DNA of 64,000 nucleotides from Scyliorhinus canicula (Eukaryota), in assembly GCF_902713615.1 (NCBI RefSeq), contig NC_052172.1, positions 12,752,185 to 12,816,184 on the forward strand, in the 5' to 3' direction. Under the pieces are notes generated by a model. The model worked only from the letters and a program-made list of their open reading frames with translations. It was not told the origin of the DNA and made no database searches. The position numbers and the translations under genes were made by a program. Positions 25,901-37,900 of the stretch are shown here, one piece after another (positions within the stretch are counted from its first letter, which is position 1; every line of letters begins with the position of its first letter).

Positions 25901-28900
25901 TGCTATTACTTATGATTGCGGCTGATCATCCAACTCACTAACCTGTTCCCGCTTTCCCCTCCCAATATCCTCCGATCCCTTTAACCTGTATCCAACTCCT
26001 TGAAAACCCCAACTGTGGCAGTGAATTCCACACCACTGTCTGGGCGAAGACATTTCTCCTCCTCTCTGTCCTAAATGGTCTACCCCCTTATCCTCAGATT
26101 GGTGACTCCTGATTCTGGACACCCCCACCATCGGGAACATCCTTCCTGCATCTACCCGGTCTTAATCCGGTTCGAATTTTATCGGGTTCGATGAGATCCC
26201 TCCAAATTCTTCGAAGCAATACAAATCCTAACCGATTCAATCGCTCCTCATACATCAGATCCATCATCCCAGTAATCAGTCTGGTAAACCTTTGCTGCAC
26301 TCCCCCCATAGCAACATCCTTCCTTAATAATGAGACCAGAACGGAGCACAATATTCCAGGAGTGGCCTCACCAAGGCCCCATATAACTGCAGCAAGACAT
26401 CCCTGCTCCCTGTGTCGAATCCTTTCGCTAGGAAGGCCAAAGTTTCTTCTTTACCACTTGCCGCACCTGCATGCTTACCCTCAAGAGACTGGTGCACAAG
26501 AACATCTAGATCTTGTTGCACATTCCCCTCTCTCAGTCATTCAGATAATAATCTGCCTTCCTGTTTTTTTCACTAAAGTGGATAACCTCACATTTATCCA
26601 CATGATACTGCATCTGCCCTGCAGTTATCTACTCACTCAGCCTGTCCAAATCACGCTAAAGGATCTCTGTATCCTCCTCACAACCCACCCTCCTACCCAA
26701 CTTTGTCTCATTTGAAAATTTGGAGTTGTTACATTTAGTTCCCTCATCTAAATCATTAATATATCATGTGAATAGCTGGGATGCTAACACTGATCCCTGT
26801 GGTACCCCACTAGGCACTGCCTGCCTACACACCAGTTTTCTATCCATCTCAATACCTTATCCCTAATCCCATACGCCTTAATTTTACACGCTAATCTGGT
26901 ATGTGGGGCCTTGTGGAAAACCTTCTGAAAGTCCAAATATACATCCACTGGTTCCCCCTCATCAACTCTAAAAGTTAAAGGGCAACACGGCGGCACAGTG
27001 GTTAGCACTGCTGCCTCACGGCACCAAGTTCCCAGATTCAATCCCGGCTCTGGGGAGTTTGCGCACACTTTTTTTTTGTTTTTTAAAAATAAATTTAGAG
27101 TGCACAATTGATTTTATCCAATTAAGGGGCAATTTAGCGTGGCCAATTCACCTAGACTGCACATCTTTGGGTTGTGGGGGTGAAACCCACGCAAACACGG
27201 GGAGTGTGCACAAACTCCACACGGTCAGTGACCCAGAGCCGGGATCGAACCTGGGACCTCGGCGCCGTGGGGCATCAGGGCGAATCAAGTTTGCACATTC
27301 TCTCCGTGTTTGCGTGGGTTTCACCCCCACAACCCAAAGATGTGCAGGATAGCTGGATTGGCCGTGCTAAACTGCCCCCTAATTGGAAAAATTAATTGCA
27401 CACTCCAAATTTTTATTATTTATTTTAAACTCTGCAAGTTAATTCTTTCAAGAATTCTAGTAGATTTGTCAAGAATGATTTCCTTTTCGTAAATCTATGC
27501 TGACTCTATCCGATCCGGCCACTGTTTTCCAAGTGCTCGGCTGTTAAATCTTTTATAAATCGACTCTAAGAATTTTCCCCACTACTGACGTCAGGCTGAC
27601 TGGTCGATAATTCCCTGTTTTCTATTTTACCTCCCTTTGAAAGTACAGTAGTCCCCCTTTATAACGCGGGTGTAGGGGTCCAAGACAGCCACCCGCGTTG
27701 TATCCGAGCCGCGGATATCCACGATGGGGGTTTTAAATTTATTTAAAAATCTATGCTAGCGCTTCCCATTGTGAGTCTACGGGGGGCGGGGGGAGAGGTC
27801 AGACCCCCGTAGACTCTCAATGGGAAGCGCCAGCATAGATTTTTAAATAAATTTAAAACCCCCATCGTGGATCTAATTAAAACAGTGTCAATTTCAGCGG
27901 CCGGCTCACTTTGATCCAGAGAGGGAAGCTGCTCTCACTGAAACAATCAGCCGGCCGCTGAAATTGACACTGCCCGCTGCTCTCTCCCTCCAATCCAACT
28001 TTTAAGTTTTAATGTTTCTGATTGGAGGGAGAGAGCAGCCGGCAGTGTCAACTTCAGCGGCCGGCTGATTGTTTCAGTGAGAGCAGCTTCCCTCTCTGGA
28101 TCAAAGTGAGCCGGCCGCTGAAATTGACACTGCCGGCTGCTCTCTCCCTCCAATCAGCCGGCAGTGTCAATTTCAGCGGCCGGCTCACTTTGATCCGGAG
28201 AAGGAAGCTGACAGTTGGGGTCCATAAGCCCCCCCGCCGTATATCGCGAACCGCGGTATTGCGGAGCGCGGTATAACGGGGGACTACTGTAGTGGGGTTT
28301 AACACCATCAGCGACCCTCAATCTGTTCCAGAGTCTATAGAATGTTGGAAGATGACTGCCAATGCATCCACTATTTCTAGGGCCACTTCCTTCAGTACTC
28401 TGGGGTGTTGTTGGGGCTGCACACATCTAGACAATTGGAGAATATTCTATCACACTCCTGACTTGTCCTGCATTTTGTTGGAGCAATATTTACATAGAAT
28501 TTACAGTGCAGAAGGAGGCCCTTCGGCCCATCGAGTCTGCACCGGCTCCCGGAAAGAGCACCCTACCCAAGGTCAACACCTCCACCTTATCCCCATAACC
28601 CAGCAACCCCACCCAACACTAAGGGCAATTTTGGACACTAAGGGGAATTTATCATGGCCAATCCACCTAACCTGCACATCTTTGTACTGTGGGAGGAAAC
28701 TGGAGCACCCGGAGGAAACCCACGCACACACACGGGGAGGATGTGCAGGCTCCGCACAGACAGTGACCCAAGCCAGAATCGAACCTGGGACCCTGGAGCT
28801 GTGAAGCGATTGTGCTATCCACAATGCTACCGTGCTGCCCCTAAATATGGCTGGTTCTATCAGGGTACAGTCACAAATTTGGTTTATTGTAGTTCATATA

Positions 28901-31900
28901 GAGACTATTTTTAAGTAGATTCTGTAGACTGTTTGCTGGAATGTGCTGTTCAAATAGGTTCTGTAAATGCCACCCTACCTCCAATTCATTGACTAATTGT
29001 GGTGTCAACAAAAGTTCCTATATTTCCCCAAACGTGGCCAGGCATAGAAAAGTTCCGGCTCATGTCAAGGCAGCCATGGGGTCACTGCCAGGTTGCGGCT
29101 ACACGTCGATCCTCCTTACCTTCATCCGAAACCACGCCGAGAGGGAGCCCGGGTAAGAGCCCCCGAAGCAAATCCAACGGTGTTTTCCGGTCAGGGCGTA
29201 CTGTTGCTTAATGAACTCGTGGAACGTTGCTAGGTCAGCTAGCCTATCCGGAAAAGCACACTGGAGTTAGGGGCCACCAGGATAACGGAGAGGGACAACA
29301 GTGAAAAGACCCCAAGGCCCAAACAACGCAACGTTTTGCTCGGATTGCCAACAACCACCTGCATTTATATAGCACCCGTTACATAGCAAAATATCCCAAA
29401 CCACTTCACGGGAGCGTTAGCGAAAGTCAACATCGGAGCCACTCAAGTAGATATTAGGAGGTGCAAGAGACGGGCTGAAAGGAGCAGAGGTGGGGAGGTT
29501 TATGTCGAGAACGCAAGTTCTTGGGGCCCAAGCAGCTGAAGACACGGCCACCAATTATGGAGTGAAGGAAGTGGGGGAATGTGGAAGTAGTCGGAGTTGG
29601 AGGAAACACTGCGTTTGCAGAGGGTTGGACCAAGTAAGAAACAAGCCAGTTTCAGTCACATGCTCAGTTTGCTGTACAGCAGCTCAGAAACGCCACTTTT
29701 AAAATAGACTCTGTAGACTGTTTGCTGTAGTGTTCTGTTTAAATACACTCTGCATTCCGAGTAAGTTGTTAGTTTGTTGTTAGTCTGGTCACCATTCCTA
29801 AAACTCATTGGATGATGATGGTGTCAATAGCAAAGTTTCCCCAATGCTGCCAGACCAGGCGAGAGCAGCAATGGAAATATTAAGCCACCCTGGCTCATGG
29901 AAGGCAGCCACGGGTTCACTGACCCTTTGTTATCTTGGACTGACAAGTGGCAAGTTCAAGTGTCACACAAGCGACAGGGAATGACCATTTCCAACAAGAG
30001 AATCTAGCCAGCTCCCCCTGACATTTATTACGATAGCCGAAATCACCACCATCAACATACTAAGGGGGTTAACGATTGATCAGAAATTGAACTAGACCGA
30101 TTACATAATACCTTTGGCGACAAGAGGTCAGAAGCTGGGAATTCTGCGGTGAGCAAGTCACCTCCTGACTCCCCAAAGCCTGTCATAGAACATAGAACAG
30201 TACAGCACAGAACAGGCCCTTCGGCCCTCGATGTTGTGCCGAGCAATGATAACCCTACTTAAACCCACGTAACCCAACAATCCCCCCATTAACCTTACAC
30301 TACGGGCAATTTAGCCTGGCCAATCCATCTAACCCGCACATCTTTGGACTGTGGGAGGAAACCGGAGCACCCGGAGAAAACCCACGCACACACGGGGAGG
30401 ACGTGCAGACTCCACACAGACAGTGACCCAGCCGGGAATCGAACCTGGGACCCTGGAGCTGTGAAGCATTGATGCTAACCACCATGCTACCGTGAGGCCC
30501 TGTCCACCATCTACAAGGCACAAGTCAGGAGTGCGATGGGATATTCCCCACTTGCCTGGATGAGCGTCGTTCCAACAACACTCAAGAAGCTCAACACCAT
30601 CCAGGGCAAAGCATCCCCGCTTGATTGGCACCTCACCCACAAATATTCACTGGCACCCCATCCACAAACATTCACACCCCCCACCACCGACGCATAGTGG
30701 CAGCCATATGTACCATATAGAAGATGGGGGCAGCAACACGCCAACGATCCTTCGACAGCACCTTCCAAACCCGCGACCTCCACCATCTGGAAGAGCAAGG
30801 GCAGCGGACAGCCGCCTGCACGTTCATCCCCGAGCCACTCACCACCCTGACTTGGAAACACGTCGGCCATTCCCTCATGGTCGCTGGGTCAGAATCCTGG
30901 AACTCCCTCCCCAACAGCATGGAGGGAGTACCTACACCACCGAGACCGCAGCGGTTCAAAGGTGGCAAGCTCACCACCGGCTTCTCGAGGGCCAATTAGG
31001 GACGGGGCAATAAATGCTGGGCCCGGCCAACAGCGTCCACATCCCATGAAAGAATAAATTTGGAGTTCTGGCAGGAGGTTGGGGGGGGGTTTGGTGGTGG
31101 CAGGGGCGAGTAGATGACGCGGGGGAGGGGGGGGGATAAAGAGACTCGAGCAGTGGAAGAGCGAGAAGAGAAGCAAAGAGAAGCAGTAGAGAGCACACCG
31201 TTCAAAATCAGGCCAGGGCCCAAAATCATCGCCGTTAAGAACCTGACTTACCCTTGTTGACTCGACAGAAACTGGATGTTCTGGTCGCTCAGCCCGTCAG
31301 GGTTGATGCTTGCTCCGTAATAGCGGTGCTCCAGGGAGACCAATAGAGCTCTGTATTTCCGCGCTAGGTCCACATGCTCACCTGAAGAAACAAGAGGGAA
31401 ACGACTGGATGGTAACTGCATGGCTCCATCAAATACTGACCTCCCTGCGGAACAGTGACCACCAAACATCTCCAACCCCAACCAGGCCCAAAGTCAGACC
31501 ACCCTGCCCTGCGATGGACAATACCCCCAACCCCCACTCCAATTTTGAGCCGTAACGGGAGACACTTTAAACCTTCACCCGGAGACCCTGGAAGGTGCTA
31601 TAGGAATTCAAAGTGGGCTCTTTCATTGGATTGCCTGGCTCAGATCAGAGTCTGGACTAAAACAGAGTTGCATAGTTCAAAACTGACCCATCACAACATT
31701 CCCATGACTGTAAAGTGACCAGCGGCAGAAAGAACATACAGCACAGGATCAGGCCCTTCGGCCCTCCAGGCCTGCACCGACCATGCTGCCCGTCTAACCT
31801 AAAACCTTCCCCACGTCCGGGGTCCGTCTCCCTCTATTCCCATAGAACAGTACAGCACAGAACAGGCCCTTCGGCCCTCGATGTTGTGCCGAGCAATGAT

Positions 31901-34900
31901 CACCCTACTCAAACCCACGTATCCACCCTATACCCGTAACCCAACAACCCTCCCCTTAACCTTACTTTTTAAGGACACTACGGGCAATTTAGCATGGCCA
32001 ATCCATCTAACCCGCACATCTTTGGACTGTGGGAGGAAACCGGAGCACCCGGAGGAAACCCACGCACACACGGGGAGGACGTGCAGACTCCGCACAGTGA
32101 CCCAGCCGGGAACCGAACCTGGGACCCTGGAGCTGTGAAGCATTTATGCTAACCACCATGCTACCGTGCTGCCACCATGCTGCATCCTATTCATGCCCCT
32201 TAAACGTCACTATCGTCCCTGCTTTCACCACCTCCTCCAGCAGCGAGTTCCAGGCACCCAATACCCTCTGTGTAAAAAAACGTCCCTTGTACATCTCCTC
32301 TAAACCTTGCCCCTCGCACCATAAACCTAAGCCCCCTAGTAATTGACCCCTCTACCCTGGGAAAAAGCCTCTGACTATCCACTCTGTTTATGCACCTCAT
32401 CATTTTGTAGACTTCTATCAGGTCGCCCCACAACCTCCATCGTTCCAGTGAGAACAAACAGAGTTTATCCAACCTCTCCTCATAGCTAATGCCCTCCAAA
32501 CCAGGCTATATCCTGGTAAACCTCTTCTGTACCCTCTCCAAAGACTCCACATCCTTCTGGTAGTGTGGCTATCAGAATTGAACACTATACTCCAAGTGTG
32601 GCCTAACTAAGGCTCTATACAGCTGCAACATGACTTGCCGATTTTTATACTCAATGCCCCGGCCGATGAAGGCAAGCATGCCGTACGCATGAAGGGGAGT
32701 GTGGGATAAACACTGGTTCTCGTCTGTTTGAAAGGGCTGGCACAGGCTCGATGGGCCAAACAGCCTTCTCTGGTACCGTACTACCCCATGATTCTACTCT
32801 ATCGGGTTGACCATTCCAAAATCCCACTCCAGAGACTGGAGCACCCTGAGCAATACTGAGGGAGTGCTGCTCTTCCTGGGGCACTGCGGCTCTGTAACTG
32901 GGCTAGTCATCCAAAAGCAAGACGGAGGAGCGGGAGACAGGAGTTCAAATCCCACTACGGTGGTTGGGATATTTTTATTTTTTTTAAATAAATTTAGAAT
33001 ACCCAATTCATTTTTTCCAATTAAGGGGCAATTTAACGTGGCCAATCCACCTAACGTGCACATCTTTGGGTTGTGGGGGTGAAACCCACGCAGACACGGG
33101 GAGAATGTGCAAACTCCTCACAGACAGTGACCCAGGGCCAGGATTCGAACCCGGGTCCTCAGCGCCGTAGGCAGCAATGCTAACCACTGTGCCACCCAGT
33201 GGTTGGGATATTCAAATTTAATCAAAGTTGGAATATTAAAAGCTTGTAACAGTAACAGTGACCATAAAACGGCTATAAAAACTGAGGAGTTCACTGCATC
33301 CTTACCCAGTCTTTTTATTCTCTGATGGGTGTTGCCAGGTAGGCCAGAATTTATTGCCCATCCCTAGTTGCCCTTGAGGTGGTGGTGGTGGTGAGCTACC
33401 TTGATGGACCCCTGAAGTCCCTATGCTGTAGGTATACCCACAGTGCTGTTAGGGAGTTCCAGGATGTTGCCCCAGCGACAGTGAAGGAACGGCCGATATG
33501 TTTCCACGTCAGGGTGGTGAGTGACTTGGAGGGGAACCTCCAGGTGGTGGGGTTCCCAGGTATCTGCTGGCCTTGTCCTTCCAGATGGTAGAGGTCGTGG
33601 GTTTGGAAGGTGCTGTCGAAGGAACCTCGGGGGAGTTCCTGCAGTGCATCTTGTAGATGGTACACACGGATGCCACCGTGCGTCAGTGGTGGAGGGAGTT
33701 GGATGTGGCACCCCCCCCAATCGATTTCCATCGACTCCAGTTTTGCTAGGGCCCCTTGATGCCATACGCGACCCCAACGTGGCCATGATGTCAAAGGGCA
33801 GTCACTCTCACCTCTCGAGTTCAACACTTCTGCCCATGTTTGAACGAGGTCAGAAGCTGGGTGGTCCTGGTGGAACCCAAACTGAGAGTCACATACAAGT
33901 CTGGCCTGTAGGTGACTCCATACCCGCAGCAATATGGCTAATTCATAACACCCCCTCAAACTGCCCGGCAAGGAACTCTGTTGTAATCGAGAGCAGCGAC
34001 TCGCTGCTATTTCCAAACTGGCAATTAGGGGGTGGGCCAATAAACGTCAATCGCCCAAGAGAGTCCCATTTTCCCACGAGCGAACAGCTAAAAAAGGTGA
34101 TTGTTTCGGGACAAAAGATTAAATCGAGCCAGGTCTCTCGGGTCGCACGGGCAACTGGGAATCGAAGGTGGGAGTTTCTCCCCCCCCCCCCCACTGACCA
34201 ATCCCTCAAATTAGATCTGTAAAAGAAATGAGCCAATCTTGCTTTACAAAGTGGCTGCCTGGACTTGGCGTGTGTACACCTTGGGGGGGGGGGGGGGGGG
34301 GGGGCCCTTAATATTTGCAGATTTCTTTTCAGAACACCGACCGCCCTCTGAATGAGAGAGAGGGAAAGCAGTCCGAGGCGCGCCCTGGAGAAAACACTGA
34401 CGCCGCCATCTCATGCCAGCCAGGGTTCAATGGGCCGAACGGCCTCCTCCCTTCCAGCAGGTTGCTAACGTGTACTCACGGGCGCTCAATGACTAAACTT
34501 GACTGGCTTGCAGCCACGTCCTGGAAGGCAACAGGGAGGCCGGGAAAAGGGCATTCAAGACAAAAACGGAAGCCAGCACGGTGGTGGGTTTACGCCCCAC
34601 ACACAACCCAGTCTGCCCCCTGCAGCGATCAAATACCTGCCAATACCGAGTATGGCGTCAACGCTCCCTCTCCGCCAATGAACAGGAAGACAGGACCCCG
34701 CTGATGCTCCCACAGTTCTGCGTTCACCCAGTACCTCTGTGGACCAAACACACCAGACACTGGTTAGAGTACACTTTCCGACCCGATTTCCAACAACGCT
34801 GTGGCCTCAAATGGCCAACAAGGAGGCACTGGAGAAGGTGCAAACAAAAAAAAAAACCATAAACATAGAAATGCCACCGATAATCCCAGACAGACAATTC

Positions 34901-37900
34901 AGGAGCAGTCAGAGCATGGAATTCTCAACTCTCAGAACAAGGCCAGCGATTCCCACACCAGCCTCTCCGAACTTTGTACAGTAACTTCATTGAAGCCTAC
35001 TTGTGACAATAAAGCGATTATTATTATATTATTATTAGCCGAGAGCTTTGATGTGTTGGGCAGGCTGGGTCGACGTGGACTGCACTTGATGCAGTGTAGC
35101 GAGAGACAGACTTCCAACACTTGATAAGATGCAACACGATTTTTTGATGGCGGGTTCCTGAGTTGGCACAGGGCAGGTGTCAGGAGGCTGGGGGACCTGT
35201 TCATAGACGGGAAGTTTGCGAGCCTGGGTGAGCTGGAAGGGAAGTTCAGGCTCCCCCCGGGGAACGCCTTTAGGTGCATGCAAGTAAGGGCGTTTGTCAG
35301 GCGGCAGGTGACGGGGTTCCCCCTGCTGCCATCGCGTGGGGTCCAGGACAGGGTGCTCTCGGGGGTATGGGTTGGAGAGGGGAGGATCTCGGAAGTGTAC
35401 CAGGTGATGCAGGAGGTAGACGAGGCCTCGGTGGAGGAGCTGAAAGATAAATGGGAGGAGCTGGGTGAGGAGATCGAGGAGGGGACGTGGGCAGATGCCC
35501 TCGAAAGGGTGAACTCTTCCTCTTCGTGTGCAAGGCTTAGCCTTATACAGTTTAAGGTACTGCATAGGGCTCATATGACTGGGACAAGGATGAGCCGGTT
35601 TTTTGGGACCGAGGACAGGTTTATTAGGTGCTCAGGGAGCCCAGCAAACCATGTCCACATGTTCTGGGCATGCCCAGCGCTGGGGGAATTTTGGAAGGGG
35701 GTAGCAAGGACAGTGTCGTGGGTGGTAGGATCCAGGGTCAATCCAGGCTGGGGACTCGCAATTTTTGGGATTGCAGTGGAGCCGGGAGTGCAGGAGGTGA
35801 AAGAGGCCGGTGTTCTGGCCTTTGCGTCCCTAGTAGCCCGGCGGAGGATTCTTCTTCAGTGGAAGGATGCAAGACCCCCAAGCATGGAGGCCTGGGTCAA
35901 CGATATGGCGGGGTTTATTAAGTTGGAGAGGGTGAAATTTGCCCTAAGGGTGTCAGTGCGGGGGTTTTTCAGGAGATGGGGGGGGGGGGGGTTGTCTCTG
36001 TTTTTGCTTTGGGTCGAATGTCTGTTTTTTGCCAATGACGGGCGTTAATTTATTGTTTCTCTTTTGTATTTACGGCCGGGGGGGGTCTGTTTTTTTTTGT
36101 TCTTGAATTTTCTGTTATTGCTTTCTTTTTTGTGAAAATGTGAAAATTTGAATAAAAATTATTTTTAAAAAAAAAGATGCAACACGATTTTATTTAACAT
36201 CTGAACTATTATATATGTTCAACTGTGGGTTGACACTATGCTGACTTGACTGGAGACCTGATACTAGCCTGACCAGACTTACTAGCTACCGCATGGTGTT
36301 TGCACTGGCTATGCTCACGGACTCTGACTGTCTCAGAGGCTGGGTCCCGAGAGAACGGGAAACCTAGTGCCCTCTGGCTTTATAGTGGCCGTGTCCTGTC
36401 TGGTGATTGGCTGCTGTGTTCACTGGTCATCCTGTGCGTCAATCACTGCCTGTCTGCACCCCTTTATATACATAGATGTATATTATGACAAGCTTTACGT
36501 CTCAAGGAAAGTTAGACAGACGCGAAGGAGAAATTAAAAGGTAGGTTTGGAAGGAAGCTCACGTGAAACATAAATACTATCATAGAGTAGATGGCCTGTT
36601 TCTGGGCTGTAACATTCCACATAATTCAGTGCGGGCCAAGGGCCAAAGGCAGGCAACTGGGGTGGGTGGAGGACAAAGAGTACTCACCTGCTTGAAAGTG
36701 CCGTTGTTCCTTCTGTTGAAGTGATCCAGTGGCTGTGGGAAGAGTCCCTCCTTGGGCACAACCCAATCAGCTTTGCCTTCGGCTGGGAGGGCCTTCCAGT
36801 TATCCAGCAGGTGCTTCTGGAGCCTCAGCTCCCGGGATCGGTGCACTTTCTCCTTGATCAGCCACATGTTCCGACCTTGACCAGGAGAAACACAGCAGGG
36901 GGTTAATTCCGATACACCGCTGGGGAAGGAACGAATCGGAAGCTAGACTGCACCGTAAACCAGGTTAATGCCGAAGGCGGCAGTCACAGACTCTCCACGT
37001 TCCTCCCAGCCAGCCAGGGTCAACTGGTTTATATACCCATACAAATGATCCCCTAATCCTTCCCCAATTGGGTGTGGCTGTCCTTAATTATCAATTCAAA
37101 CCAATTACAACACAGCATAGGACAGACAGTGAAGGAGGCGGCCATTCGGCCCATCGAGTCTGCACTGACCCACATCCACCTTATCCCTGTAACCCAACCT
37201 AACCTTTTTGGTCACTAAGGGCAATTTATCATGGCCAATCCACCCAACCTGCACGTCTTTGGACTGTGGGAGGAAACCGGAGCACCCGGTGGAAACCCAC
37301 GCAGACACGGGGAGAACATGCAGACTCTGCACAGACAGTGACCCAGCCGGGAATCGAACCTGGGACCCTGGCGCTGTGAAGCCACAGTGCTACCCACTGT
37401 GCTACCAAGTTGCCCAAATTCAACATCAATTTGGTGGGTTGTGCCTCAATTGGTTCAAATAATAATATTAAACTTTATTCATGTCACAAGTAGGCTTGAA
37501 ATGAAAAAAAATGAAAATCGCTTATTGTCACGAGTAGGCTTCAATGAAGTTACTGTGAAAAGCCCCTAGTCGCCACATTCCGGCGCCTGTCCAGGGAGGC
37601 TGGTACAGGAATCGAACCGTGCTGCGAGCCTGCTTGGTCTGCTGTAAAAGCCAGCGATTTAGCCGAGTGAGCTAAACCAGCCCCTTAAAATGAAAATCGC
37701 TTATTGTCACGAGTAGGCTTCAATGAAATTACTGCGAAAAGCCCCTAGTCGCCACAATCCGGCGCCTGTCCGGGGAGGCTGGTACGGGAATCGAACCGTG
37801 CTGCTGGCCTGCTTTAAAAGCCAGCGATTTAGCCTTGTGAGCTAAACCAGCCCCTTATATTGTGAAGTTACTGTGAAAAGCCCCTAGTCGCCACAATCCG

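Noticed and set aside
36865-36867. In-frame second ATG (MWLIK) echoing exon 1 (MWLLI) as an alternative start
   Set aside because: Only a short resemblance; exon 1 already supplies the signal peptide in a good context.
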